This document shows, piece after piece, positions 1-10,058 of a stretch of DNA of 64,000 bases; position 1 is the first letter of the stretch; each line of letters opens with the position of its first letter. A model generated the notes under the pieces. That model searched no databases and had not been told where the DNA came from. It worked only from the letters and a program-made list of their open reading frames with translations. The translations under genes and the position numbers were made by a program. This DNA is from Minisyncoccota bacterium. Lineage in GTDB: Bacteria; Patescibacteriota; Minisyncoccia; Phycocordibacterales; PALSA-1337. The DNA lies in NCBI GenBank assembly GCA_028713005.1, contig JAQTPC010000003.1:13022-77021 (forward strand). Direction: 5' to 3'.

Positions 1-330
1 AGTCGAGAGTATCTGGATATCCGTTGGTAGTATCACCAATGTTGGCATTGAAGTAACCTTGTTTGACGGTGAGGGTAGTAACTCCTGGTGTAGCTGTTGG
101 CCAGACTTTGGTACCTCCACCTACGGTTGCACTGTCCCAGAGGGAGAACTTGAAGTAGTAGGTAGTACCAGTACCACCAAGTGCATTACCACCTGTGTCA
201 GTGAGACGGCCTTGGTATGAGACTATACTAGGTGCTCCTGCTGCTTGAGTGAGTGGTGTGGCATATACAGAAAACACTAAAAAGAAGACAAGGAATATGC
301 CATATGCAAATGGTACCGGTGTATGTGTAC
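1..330 (-). CDS. Partial CDS running off the window start: secreted hypothetical protein with N-terminal signal peptide (MTHGTHTPVPFAYGIFLVFFLVFSVYATPLTQAAGAP...)
   Basis: ATG at 328-330 on minus strand, open frame to position 1; hydrophobic signal-like N-terminus; Thr/Gly-rich. Confidence 0.45.
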
Positions 331-397
331 CGTGGGTCATTTGGCCTTATTTTATCATGTATAGAGGTGTGCTAAAAGGAAAAGGTGGGGATTAGTT

Positions 398-1822
398 TTA
401 GTTGTGTGCGTTTTTCATCACGTACTCAATCAACTCTTCAATCATCACTCTCTCCTGCTTGCCATTATCACGATCACGGACAGTCACTCCTGTACCCTTC
501 TCGATAGTATCAAAGTCGACAGTGACACAGTAAGGTGTACCAATCTCATCTTGGCGGCGATAGCGCTTGCCGATATTTCCATTATCATCAAAGGTAACAT
601 TTGGAATAACTTTCTTGAGCATCTTGTAAACATCTTCTGCTTTTTCTACGAGTACCGGCTTATTTTTAAGTAGTGGAAAGACCGCTACACGGTATGGTGC
701 AACTGAAGGAGCGAGTTTCAAAAATACACGCTTCTCTGTGACGCTTCCTCCTTCTTTCTCCTTGCTTCCTTCTTCCGCTCCCATTTCATCTTCCTGATAC
801 GCATCCACGAGCACAGCTAACACCGTTCTATCCAAACCAAATGAAGGTTCGATACAGTGAGGTATAAATCTTTCCTTTGACTCTTCATCAAAATATGACA
901 GATCCACTTTACTGAACTCAGAATGTTGTTTAAGGTCATAGTCTGTACGATATGCAAGACCATACAGCTCTTTTTTACCAAAAGGAAAATCAAATTCGAA
1001 ATCAATTGTGCGCTTTGAATAGAATGCGCGGTCAGCTTCAGCAACTTCTAGTTCGTGCACTTTTTTCTGCGTCAAACCGATATCCTGCGTAAAAGCCAAT
1101 ACCTCAGTGCGGAAATGCTCAAAGGTCTTTTCCCAGTCTTTTGGATTGACGAAATACTCGATCTCCATCTGTTCAAACTCACGTGCACGGAAAAGAAAGT
1201 CGCGTGGCGCGATCTCATTACGAAATGCTTTGCCGATCTGGGCCATACCAAATGAAAGCTTTGGGTGGAAAGTGTCGAGGATATTTTTGAAATTAACAAA
1301 CATACCCTGTGCGGTCTCAGGACGAAGATATGAGATAGATGAACCGTCCTCGGTTGCACCAATGTTTGTCTTGAACATCATATTGAACTGACGCACAGGG
1401 CCGAGTGCATTGCCATCAGGACTCTTGAGACCCTTTTCTTTTATCTTGGCATCCATATCTGCAAGAGTCATACCCTTTACATCAACACCGGCATCTTCGA
1501 GGAGGTGGTCAGCACGAAAACGTCTTTTGGTCTTTATATCTTCAACGAGCGGGTCCGCAAAACCTGCCACGTGTCCACTCGCCTCCCACGTGCGCGGATT
1601 CATGAGGAGCGCTGCATCGACGCCATACATATCGTCACGATCATCAACAAAACGCTTCCACCAAATCTTCTTTATATTATTTTTGAGCGCTACACCGAGA
1701 GGTCCATAATCCCATGTACCAGCGAGACCACCATAGATCTCTGAACCCTGAAAGATAAAACCACGTCTCTTGCAGAGAGAAATGAGCGATTCCATTATGT
1801 TATTCTCGGCTATTTTATTCAT
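398..1822 (-). CDS. glyQS: Glycine--tRNA ligase (class II, dimeric GlyQS type)
   Basis: Full-length 474 aa; strong match to GlyRS N-terminal motif block (GSEIYGGLAGTWDYGPLG) and class II core. Confidence 0.9.
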   Translation of the reverse strand: MNKIAENNIMESLISLCKRRGFIFQGSEIYGGLAGTWDYGPLGVALKNNIKKIWWKRFVDDRDDMYGVDAALLMNPRTWEASGHVAGFADPLVEDIKTKRRFRADHLLEDAGVDVKGMTLADMDAKIKEKGLKSPDGNALGPVRQFNMMFKTNIGATEDGSSISYLRPETAQGMFVNFKNILDTFHPKLSFGMAQIGKAFRNEIAPRDFLFRAREFEQMEIEYFVNPKDWEKTFEHFRTEVLAFTQDIGLTQKKVHELEVAEADRAFYSKRTIDFEFDFPFGKKELYGLAYRTDYDLKQHSEFSKVDLSYFDEESKERFIPHCIEPSFGLDRTVLAVLVDAYQEDEMGAEEGSKEKEGGSVTEKRVFLKLAPSVAPYRVAVFPLLKNKPVLVEKAEDVYKMLKKVIPNVTFDDNGNIGKRYRRQDEIGTPYCVTVDFDTIEKGTGVTVRDRDNGKQERVMIEELIEYVMKNAHN

Positions 1823-1877
1823 ACGAACATTCTATACGAAAGGAGCCGAACTTGAAAGTCCGGCTTCTGGTGACCTA

Positions 1878-3821
1878 TTACTGAACGACAGTTTCGTCTC
1901 CCCCCTTATATGCTGGATCTGTACTAAAGCTTGAAGTCAGATAACCTTGCTCACTTGTTAGAGAAGACTGGGTATAATCATCGGTTGCAGTCAGAGTAGA
2001 CGGATTGACGAGAGTTGGTGCAGTAGAAACTTGAGTAATACTTGGTGTAAAGGCTATCTGGAATGCCACTTCACGACGCTTCGATGAATTTGCAGAGTAT
2101 GCACTGATCTGCCCTACATTCCACGTTATAGAACCAGTATTTTGATCATACGTCACACCTTCAGTTGATGGAGATACATTTCCAAGCCATGTCACGTATG
2201 GTGGCAAAGTTGCAGTGACTTGTGCACCACTGACCGAACTGGTCGTATTGCCGATAGACCACAAGACTGTGTAGGTTGTTTTTTGTTCTGCCTTTGGTGG
2301 TATTGGTCCCGTATTGGTAAATGCTCCAGTTGAGCGAACTACCCTGCCTGAAAGAGCGATGCTCGAAGCCACTTTTATTGTACGGCTTGCAGCTGAAGTT
2401 ATGCTACCAGAAGCACCTGATTCTTGAGTACGATCAGCTGACACGCTCGCTGACAGAGATACGTTCGGATTGACGACTTGATTACCTGATGAGTTCGATG
2501 TGTTTGTTGGTGTTATTGAGAATGAGATAGAACCACTTTCTCCTGCAGGGATAGATGCGAGCTCAGGATTTGTCTGTTGATTCCAGATGATCTGATTGCG
2601 CGCAGAATCAAAATAGCCAAGATCAGGCTGGATCTTTGTCTTATCGTACGCAGTACCAGAGAGATTGACTGCAATGACTGCATTTGAAACTGCCACTGAA
2701 AGATTGTTGAACCAGGTGATCGTTACGCGAGCTGGTGAACCAAAGTGCCCAACAAAATCTGTTGAAGATGTGTCATTATCAATGCCGAGCTGCAGACTAA
2801 CGAATGATTTTTCTATCGTGATATTTTGACTGACGAGCCCATATTGAGTGCCAATGACCGCACCATTTGCAGCACTTCGCGCACCGACAGCAAAGTGGAA
2901 TACGCGGGTATCAGAATTTTCACCTTGTAGCTTTCCATGAATGACGACTGAACGCTCAGCACCTGGTGGTATATCACCGATCTTCCATGTGGCATTATCA
3001 GACAGCGGTGGGATGTTCGCGGAGATAAAGCTATAACCAAATGGATACTGCCCTTTCAAGACAACACTCTTGAGTACGTCTTGAGAATTTGATTTGAGTT
3101 TTACTGTCATATCGAACTCTTGACCAGAAGCGATGCTGCTAAACGAAGAAGCAGTGAGAGTGATTGGTGACGAATTAATAAGCACTTCGTAACTTGCGAC
3201 TTTGGTGAAAAGAGCCGTGGAACCTTTTACCTTATATGTCAGCGTTGCAGTGATAGATTTTTGAGTATTCTCTTCCCCAAAGATGATTGCCGATACATTC
3301 GTCGAAGTTGAATAACCTGTTGGTATATCGCCGAGATATTGATCGAGCGACGTAAGTGTCTGTGTAGAATCATGTGCATCGGTCGCACCTGCCGGAAATG
3401 ACACATTCATATCTACCAGCTGAAGATCGATATTATTATTGTTGGTAACCTTGATACCAAAAGAAACTGGCTGACCACCCGGTATCGATACGGGACCAGT
3501 GATAGTGACATCGATATTATTTCCTGATATCAGATTTGAACCATTTAAAAAGAGATACAGACCGATACTAACTGCAATGATGCAGAATATGCCGGAGCCG
3601 ATGAGAAATTTAGTGAAAAATGACATTGAATGATCTTCGTATTGTGTATTGAGCTTTGGAGCTTCTTCTAGCGTTTTATCTGGTTCAGCCCATTCTGACT
3701 TTACCTCAGTATTCATATCTGAAAAACGAAGCTTGCGGCGCGTACGTACTTCTGGTGCACCGCGAGAGTACAGTGACTTCTTCAACTCTTCTATGCGATT
3801 TTGATCTTCTGAGGGAGGCAT
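1878..3821 (-). CDS. Membrane-anchored surface protein with repeated beta-sandwich (DUF11/CARDB-like) modules, Thr/Ser/Asn-rich
   Basis: 647 aa; ~65 aa cytoplasmic N-term, single TM (IGSGIFCIIAVSIGLYLFL), long low-complexity extracellular region. Confidence 0.55.
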   Translation of the reverse strand: MPPSEDQNRIEELKKSLYSRGAPEVRTRRKLRFSDMNTEVKSEWAEPDKTLEEAPKLNTQYEDHSMSFFTKFLIGSGIFCIIAVSIGLYLFLNGSNLISGNNIDVTITGPVSIPGGQPVSFGIKVTNNNNIDLQLVDMNVSFPAGATDAHDSTQTLTSLDQYLGDIPTGYSTSTNVSAIIFGEENTQKSITATLTYKVKGSTALFTKVASYEVLINSSPITLTASSFSSIASGQEFDMTVKLKSNSQDVLKSVVLKGQYPFGYSFISANIPPLSDNATWKIGDIPPGAERSVVIHGKLQGENSDTRVFHFAVGARSAANGAVIGTQYGLVSQNITIEKSFVSLQLGIDNDTSSTDFVGHFGSPARVTITWFNNLSVAVSNAVIAVNLSGTAYDKTKIQPDLGYFDSARNQIIWNQQTNPELASIPAGESGSISFSITPTNTSNSSGNQVVNPNVSLSASVSADRTQESGASGSITSAASRTIKVASSIALSGRVVRSTGAFTNTGPIPPKAEQKTTYTVLWSIGNTTSSVSGAQVTATLPPYVTWLGNVSPSTEGVTYDQNTGSITWNVGQISAYSANSSKRREVAFQIAFTPSITQVSTAPTLVNPSTLTATDDYTQSSLTSEQGYLTSSFSTDPAYKGGDETVVQ

Positions 3822-3850
3822 TTGTATTATTGTACCATTTATTTTTATCC

Positions 3851-4492
3851 TTACAGATGCGATTCACGGAGTGCCCTGTTGATATGCTGGTTCATGAGAG
3901 TTCGCTGTTGACCCAAAAGAGTCAGACGATCGAGGCTTATAGCATCGGATTCAATATCTTCCTTGAGTGCAGAAATACTTGCCACATAACCCAGACGGTG
4001 AAGGATACGCGTAACTATTAAGGATTCGAGGGTTTTGAATGCTTCACTTCCGAGGGTAGGCCATGAATTAATAAAATCAAATAACGAATCGAGTGCAATG
4101 AATAATTCTGGATGAGGTTCTTCTCCTTGTAGTAAACGATTAAGAAGCAATGCTATGCGCGCAATAAGTTCTTGATTTTGGTCTGCCAATTTCACCTCTT
4201 GTAGCTTGTCCCCTGTCTGCGCAAGCAGGCTTGTATCTTGCACCTTGAGTTCCTGCGCATTAGTTAGTCGCCAAAACTCTTTACCGCTGACAAATGAAAA
4301 AACGCCGAGAGAATAATCTTGAATAAAGGGGCGTAATTTTGATTTTTCGAAACGGATGCCTTGTGCCGTAGCACGGATGAGTCCGAGGTCTTTGGTAAAT
4401 ATAGATAGCAGCTTCCCTGCTTCACCAGATGGCCGTGAGCTTACGATAAATCCGGGAGTTGTGTGAATGGCGTACATAGGTAAATCAACCAA
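3851..4492 (-). CDS. recO: DNA repair protein RecO-like
   Basis: 213 aa; N-terminal OB-fold pattern (IVSSRPSGEAGKLLSIFTKDLGLIRATAQGIR) typical of RecO; no zinc finger. Confidence 0.65.
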   Translation of the reverse strand: MVDLPMYAIHTTPGFIVSSRPSGEAGKLLSIFTKDLGLIRATAQGIRFEKSKLRPFIQDYSLGVFSFVSGKEFWRLTNAQELKVQDTSLLAQTGDKLQEVKLADQNQELIARIALLLNRLLQGEEPHPELFIALDSLFDFINSWPTLGSEAFKTLESLIVTRILHRLGYVASISALKEDIESDAISLDRLTLLGQQRTLMNQHINRALRESHL

Positions 4493-4510
4493 TGATCAAT
4501 AGCGCAATGT

Positions 4511-7500
4511 TCAATTCAATCCGAGCACATCGCCAAAACTGATACTGGTCACATTCGTCAGCTTCTTCAATTCATCACTGTATTTTTCAACTATGGCACG
4601 CTCAGCTTCGGTAACTACCAATGAAGTTTTATCGCTGACTGACAAGCCCTTTTCTTTTCTCATATCTTGCACCTTACGGAGAAGTTCACGGAACTCACCT
4701 TCTGCTTTGAGCTCGGGGGTGATAACTGTATCTAACACTACAGTAAATGTAGGATCGTTTTGGTCGACACTGTTCTCCAATACTATCTCTTTTACATTGA
4801 GCTCATCCATAAGCACAACCTTGAGTTCATCCCAGCGAGGGATAGGATTATTTCTATGTTTGATAGTAAGTTTTTGCAGTGGCTGACGAACATTAACCTT
4901 GCCCTCAGTTCTCTTCATGAGACCGGCTGTAGTAAATGACTGAACAACCTTCATGCCTGACAAAACATCCTCATCTACTTTTCCTGCCTTTGGCCAACTT
5001 TCAAGATGTACACTCTCTAGTTCTCCGCCAACCTCTTGGTAAATATACTCTGCAAAGAAAGGTGTAAATGGTGCCATGACTTTTGCCAATGTAATAAGTA
5101 CATATTTTGTCGTCGCTAGAGCAGCTTCTTTGTCTGCCATATCATCACCCTTAAAACGATCACGCGAACGACGGAGATACCACTGTGAAAGATCTGCGAT
5201 AAATTCACGTATCTCACGCGTAGGTTCGAGGAAAACATAGTTATCCATATTACTCGTCACATTTTCGATCAATTGATTCAAGCGCGCCAAAATCCACTGG
5301 TCAATTATATTTTGAGATGTTCCTTGTGATTTTCCTATCTCCAGGCTCCTATCTCCAGACTCCCTGTTCTCATACGTCTTATAAAATGTCGTCACATTCG
5401 CAACCAAGTTAAATACTTTCTTCACAATCTCATCAACAGTTTTTTCTTCAAAGTTCTTTGACTCACCTGGCTGGTTGACCGAATACATCCAAAAACGCAA
5501 TGCATCAGCGCCGTACTTATCCATCATATTCCATGGATTGATGACATTGCCGAGCGACTTGGACATCTTTTTTCCTTCTCCATCGAGAATATGTCCGAGA
5601 CAGATCACATTTTTATACGCCTTACCTTTACCCATAAGAACGCCGATAGCATGTAATGTATAGAACCAGCCACGAGTCTGGTCAATCGCTTCTGAGATGA
5701 AGTCAGCAGGATAAGCAAGTTCCTGCTTCTTTGAAAACAGCTTTGCGATTACTCCTTTCTCCTTTCTTCCTGCTTCTTCTTTTCCGAATGGATAGTGATC
5801 TTGGGCAAACGGCATACCACCTGAATCAAACCAGACGTCCATGACTTCTTTTGCACGAACCATATTTCCACCGCATGAACATGAAAGCTTCACTTCATCG
5901 ATAAAGGGTTTATGGAGATCGAGCTCATATTCAGTATTGTGAGGGACAATCTTGAGATTCACTTCGCGAACACCTGCCTTTTCAATATAATTATTTTTTT
6001 CGTATTCAGCAGTCTGTTCCCTGTCCCAACCTTCCGCAGCAGCAATGAGCATCATAGCTGGACTGCCATGAGTAACGATTAAAATCTTTTTGCCAGAATA
6101 TTTTGATTCGACATCATATAAGAAATCACCAACACGCGTTTTCACATCTGCGTGATTTTCTCCACCTTTTGGCCGAGCAACAAAACGACTCTGGTTCAAT
6201 GGAAATACTTTTAACAATTGTTCGAGCGTCATACCATCCCATTCACCGAGCTCGATCTCTCTGATACGGTTGTCGGTTACTAGCTGATCATCAGTGAGAC
6301 CCAGTGCTTTTTGTACAATCTTTGCTGTCTCTTGAGTACGAATAAATGGCGAAGCAATGATGAGGTCGATACCGAGCTTCTTTATACCCTCAGCTGCACG
6401 CGCAACTTTATCTTTACCATGTTCGGTCAAATGGTTTTCAAGTGTTATATCACTATTCAGTATCTCTTTTACATTACATTCGGCTTCACCGTGGCGCATT
6501 ACGTGATATGTATTCTTTGATGACAGGGCGATATCATCGATAGAACCGACAACTTTTCTTTTGTTACAGGTATCACAATTCCACACTGGCAATGGTGTTC
6601 CCCAGTAACGTTCACGTGAGATAGCCCAGTCTTTGACATCTTTGAGCCATTCGCCAAAACGACCTTCCTTGATGTACTCAGGTTCCCAATGGATACCTTC
6701 ATTTTCTTTGAGTAATTTGTCGCGCAGATCAGACATGCGGATATACCACGAATCGCGGGCAAAATAGATGAGCGGAGTTTTACAACGCCAGCAATGAGGA
6801 TATGTATGCTTGATATTCTCCTGTGCAAAGAAAAGTCCTTTTTGTTTCAGATAATTAACAATATCAACATCGAGAGTTGGCTTACCATTTTCATCTTTTT
6901 CTTTGACGAATCTACCCTCGAGAAAAGCGGTGCCCTTTTTGAAGGTTCCATCATCGTTGACCAAGTGATATTTAGGTAGATTGTTCTTTGTGCCGAGCTC
7001 AAAGTCATCTTGACCGTACATTGGTGCAATGTGCACGATGCCAGTACCATCAGCGGTTGTGACAAAATCGCCGGCAAATACTTTGAAGGCATTTGAGATT
7101 TTATCTTTTTCTGCACCAGTGACAGCGTCTTTGAGATATGGAAAGAGTGGTTCGTAGGTGAGGCCAACGAGGTCAGAGCCTTTTACTGTTTCGATCATTT
7201 CATACGTAAGGTCTTTCAACGCTGACAATCTTTCTTTCGCCAAAATCACATAGGTAATTACTCCGTTGCCAATCGGCACGAGAGGATTCTCGCTTCCTTT
7301 TGCAGAGGCAAAACCGCGAGAACTCTCGTTGCCTCTGTCAACGGCTGACGTATCATTTAATTGGTTGACCTTAACTTTCACATACTCAATATCCTTCCCT
7401 ACAGCCAAAGCCACATTCCCCGGAAGCGTCCAGGGTGTCGTCGTCCACGCAAGTATATATGTCGCATCATCCGCAACTGTATCACCAATCTTTTGTCCTT

Positions 7501-8158
7501 TGGTAACTTTGAACTTCACATACAGCGACAAATCCTTCACCTCCTGATATCCCTGTGCCAATTCGTGTGAAGAAAGTCCAGTACCACAGCGTGGACACCA
7601 CGGAACTATCTTGTAATCCTTATAGAGTAAACCTTTCTCATCGACAGTCTTGATGATATTCCACACTGACTCTATATATTGCGGCTTATAGGTGATATAC
7701 GGATTTTTGAGATCAACCCAATATCCCATGCGGTTGGTGAAATCTTCCCATTCATGCACATAAGTCCAGACGCTGTCTTTACATTTTTGATTGAATGCAG
7801 CTATGCCATATGACTCGATTTCCTTCTTCGACTTGAGACCAAGCTCCTTTTCTACTTGGAGCTCAACGGGCAAACCGTGGGTATCCCATCCACCCTTTCT
7901 GCGTACATGAAAACCTTGCATCGTCTTGTAGCGAGGAATGGCATCCTTGAATGCCCGAGCTTCGAGATGATGTATACCGGGACGACCGTTGGCAGTTGGT
8001 GGACCTTCAAAGAATACGAACTCACCTTTTGGCGACTCTTTATCGAGAGACTTCTGAAAAACATCTTTCTCTTTCCAAAATGCCAAAACATTCTCCTCGC
8101 GAAGTGCGTGTGGAGATTTTGGTGATTGGTCTTTTTGGGTATTTGCTATTTCGGCCAT
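4511..8158 (-). CDS. ileS: Isoleucine--tRNA ligase carrying an inserted histidine-phosphatase (PGAM-like) domain
   Basis: 1215 aa; HIGH-type motif (PPTANGRPGIHH), CP1 editing motif (WTTTPWTLPGN), KMSKS (KMSKSLGNVI), D.WFDSG; extra ~200 aa RHGE...THG domain between the CDTC and CSCGG cysteine pairs. Confidence 0.9.
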   Translation of the reverse strand: MAEIANTQKDQSPKSPHALREENVLAFWKEKDVFQKSLDKESPKGEFVFFEGPPTANGRPGIHHLEARAFKDAIPRYKTMQGFHVRRKGGWDTHGLPVELQVEKELGLKSKKEIESYGIAAFNQKCKDSVWTYVHEWEDFTNRMGYWVDLKNPYITYKPQYIESVWNIIKTVDEKGLLYKDYKIVPWCPRCGTGLSSHELAQGYQEVKDLSLYVKFKVTKGQKIGDTVADDATYILAWTTTPWTLPGNVALAVGKDIEYVKVKVNQLNDTSAVDRGNESSRGFASAKGSENPLVPIGNGVITYVILAKERLSALKDLTYEMIETVKGSDLVGLTYEPLFPYLKDAVTGAEKDKISNAFKVFAGDFVTTADGTGIVHIAPMYGQDDFELGTKNNLPKYHLVNDDGTFKKGTAFLEGRFVKEKDENGKPTLDVDIVNYLKQKGLFFAQENIKHTYPHCWRCKTPLIYFARDSWYIRMSDLRDKLLKENEGIHWEPEYIKEGRFGEWLKDVKDWAISRERYWGTPLPVWNCDTCNKRKVVGSIDDIALSSKNTYHVMRHGEAECNVKEILNSDITLENHLTEHGKDKVARAAEGIKKLGIDLIIASPFIRTQETAKIVQKALGLTDDQLVTDNRIREIELGEWDGMTLEQLLKVFPLNQSRFVARPKGGENHADVKTRVGDFLYDVESKYSGKKILIVTHGSPAMMLIAAAEGWDREQTAEYEKNNYIEKAGVREVNLKIVPHNTEYELDLHKPFIDEVKLSCSCGGNMVRAKEVMDVWFDSGGMPFAQDHYPFGKEEAGRKEKGVIAKLFSKKQELAYPADFISEAIDQTRGWFYTLHAIGVLMGKGKAYKNVICLGHILDGEGKKMSKSLGNVINPWNMMDKYGADALRFWMYSVNQPGESKNFEEKTVDEIVKKVFNLVANVTTFYKTYENRESGDRSLEIGKSQGTSQNIIDQWILARLNQLIENVTSNMDNYVFLEPTREIREFIADLSQWYLRRSRDRFKGDDMADKEAALATTKYVLITLAKVMAPFTPFFAEYIYQEVGGELESVHLESWPKAGKVDEDVLSGMKVVQSFTTAGLMKRTEGKVNVRQPLQKLTIKHRNNPIPRWDELKVVLMDELNVKEIVLENSVDQNDPTFTVVLDTVITPELKAEGEFRELLRKVQDMRKEKGLSVSDKTSLVVTEAERAIVEKYSDELKKLTNVTSISFGDVLGLN
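5924..6540 (-). other. Histidine phosphatase / phosphoglycerate-mutase-family domain embedded in-frame within ileS (aa ~540-745)
   Basis: Catalytic RHGE motif (codons at 6488-6499), ASPFIRTQETA, second His motif LIVTHGSP; flanked by IleRS sequence on both sides. Confidence 0.75.
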
Positions 8159-8219
8159 GAAATTAATTTAATAGGGTTATTTTACCATAGGTCTGACCTC
8201 TCCGAGGTTGAACCTCTAA

Positions 8220-9983
8220 CTACATCCTCTTTGGAATTTTGATACCGAGGATATGAAGACCTTCACTCATTGCTTCAGCAAAACTTTTTGTTAAAAGCAC
8301 ACGATATGGAGACAATGGTTCATTCACATCAACGATTGTATTGCTTGCATAGAAACTATTGAAAGCACTTGCAAGGTTGATGAGATAGTTTGCAATGAGT
8401 TGTGGTGCATATTCACCTGAAGCGCGCTCGACTATATCTGGGAATCTTACAATGAGTTTTTCGAGCAGGCCGACTTTCTCTGGCAAAACCACTTTTGATA
8501 GATTGATCAACGTACGAATCTCCCCTTCTTTACCGAGATCCAATTCACCTTTTGCTTTTTCAATGATTGAATTCGCACGGACAACAGAATACTGGAGATA
8601 TGGACCAGAGTCACCTTCAAATGAGATGGACTTGGCTGAATCAAAGATAACATCACTACCGACTGCCTGACGAAGGATGGTGTACTTGATGGCAGCGATA
8701 GCGATCATATCTGATAGTTCTTCCACTTCTTCTGGTGTGAACTTACGGTCAGCGATTCTTTCAATAACAAGCTTTTTCATATCATCGATGAGTGTCTCAG
8801 CAGTGATGACATTGCCCGTACGTGAAGACATCTTGCCGGATGCAAAACGCAACATACCGTGTCCAATATGCTTTGTTTTCTTGCCTACATTTTCATCGAT
8901 AAGCGTGAGCGCCTTGGCGATGACCTTGAAATATTCATTTTGCTCACTTGCTGTAACAACGATCGATGTATCAGTTTCAGGATATTTTTTGAACTTAGTA
9001 ACATTTAACCCCATCTCTTTTGCTTCATACGTTGGTAGGCCATGGGAGTTGATGAATACGCGGGTATGAAGACCATGATCCTCCCCTTTGAATACAACTG
9101 CACCGTCGCTTTCAGTAAACACATTTTTTTTTAAAAATTCCTTGACGATATCGAGACCAGCTGGAGCCATCTCGCTCTCATATATATATCCATCAAAATG
9201 CGTGCCGAGACGCTTGTACAACAATTCAAAATGCTCCAAGCTCCAATTCCTTCCCTTTTCATAGAGAGCATTTATGGCAGGACTCGACTTTTCGTAGAGG
9301 ATCTTGTTCAAAGAATCAATATCATCTTTTACAGTGATACCTGCACCGCTCAATTCATCTGACTCATACATGCGTGTACCTTCAACATACATCTTGCCGA
9401 GGAATGCAGTTTTTTCTTGGATCGGTGCTGAGTCACTAGGTATTTCACTTTCATGACGTTTCATCGCCCAGATAGACTTTGCGATATGGAGGCCAATATC
9501 TGACGGGTAACAAAGACGAGTAACCTTTGCACCTCCAGACTCAATCAAACGTGAAAGCGATTCACCAATTGCATTAGCCATGAGATGCCCGATATGAAAT
9601 GCCTTGAAAATATTTGGGTCAGTGTATTCAATGAGAATATTTTTGCGTTTTATGTTTCCTTCTAACTTCTCACTTCCAACCCCCAACTTCTCTTTTATGA
9701 TCTGCTCCGCAAATACACTATCTTTCACTTTGAAGTTAATAAACCCAGGACCAGCCACACTGACAGAATCAATGCTTTCTGGCATATCTTTTTTGAATTC
9801 TTCAATGATCTTGTCAGCAAGTGCCTTTGGTGCCATCTTGAGCACCTTTGCATGGGCCATTGCGATATTTGTCGAATAATCACCGTGTTCTGGATTTTCT
9901 GGATACTCCAAAACCACAGAATCAACCTCAATTCCGAGACTTTGAGCGGTTTTTATGAGATGGCTTATAAGCTTTGATTTCAT
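8220..9983 (-). CDS. argS: Arginine--tRNA ligase
   Basis: 587 aa; ArgRS N-terminal domain, HIGH-region (FHIGHL), C-terminal anticodon-binding domain ending ...KIPKRM. Confidence 0.9.
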   Translation of the reverse strand: MKSKLISHLIKTAQSLGIEVDSVVLEYPENPEHGDYSTNIAMAHAKVLKMAPKALADKIIEEFKKDMPESIDSVSVAGPGFINFKVKDSVFAEQIIKEKLGVGSEKLEGNIKRKNILIEYTDPNIFKAFHIGHLMANAIGESLSRLIESGGAKVTRLCYPSDIGLHIAKSIWAMKRHESEIPSDSAPIQEKTAFLGKMYVEGTRMYESDELSGAGITVKDDIDSLNKILYEKSSPAINALYEKGRNWSLEHFELLYKRLGTHFDGYIYESEMAPAGLDIVKEFLKKNVFTESDGAVVFKGEDHGLHTRVFINSHGLPTYEAKEMGLNVTKFKKYPETDTSIVVTASEQNEYFKVIAKALTLIDENVGKKTKHIGHGMLRFASGKMSSRTGNVITAETLIDDMKKLVIERIADRKFTPEEVEELSDMIAIAAIKYTILRQAVGSDVIFDSAKSISFEGDSGPYLQYSVVRANSIIEKAKGELDLGKEGEIRTLINLSKVVLPEKVGLLEKLIVRFPDIVERASGEYAPQLIANYLINLASAFNSFYASNTIVDVNEPLSPYRVLLTKSFAEAMSEGLHILGIKIPKRM

Positions 9984-10023
9984 AAGGATATTGTAGCAGA
10001 AAACCCCATATCTGCACGAATAT

Positions 10024-10052
10024 TTGACAAAGAAAGTAAAGTCGGTTACACT
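10024..10052 (+). promoter_or_regulatory. Sigma70-like promoter (TTGACA-17-TACACT) driving the orphan ncRNA
   Basis: TTGACA at 10024-10029, 17-nt spacer, TACACT at 10047-10052. Confidence 0.5.
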
Positions 10053-10058
10053 ACTATT

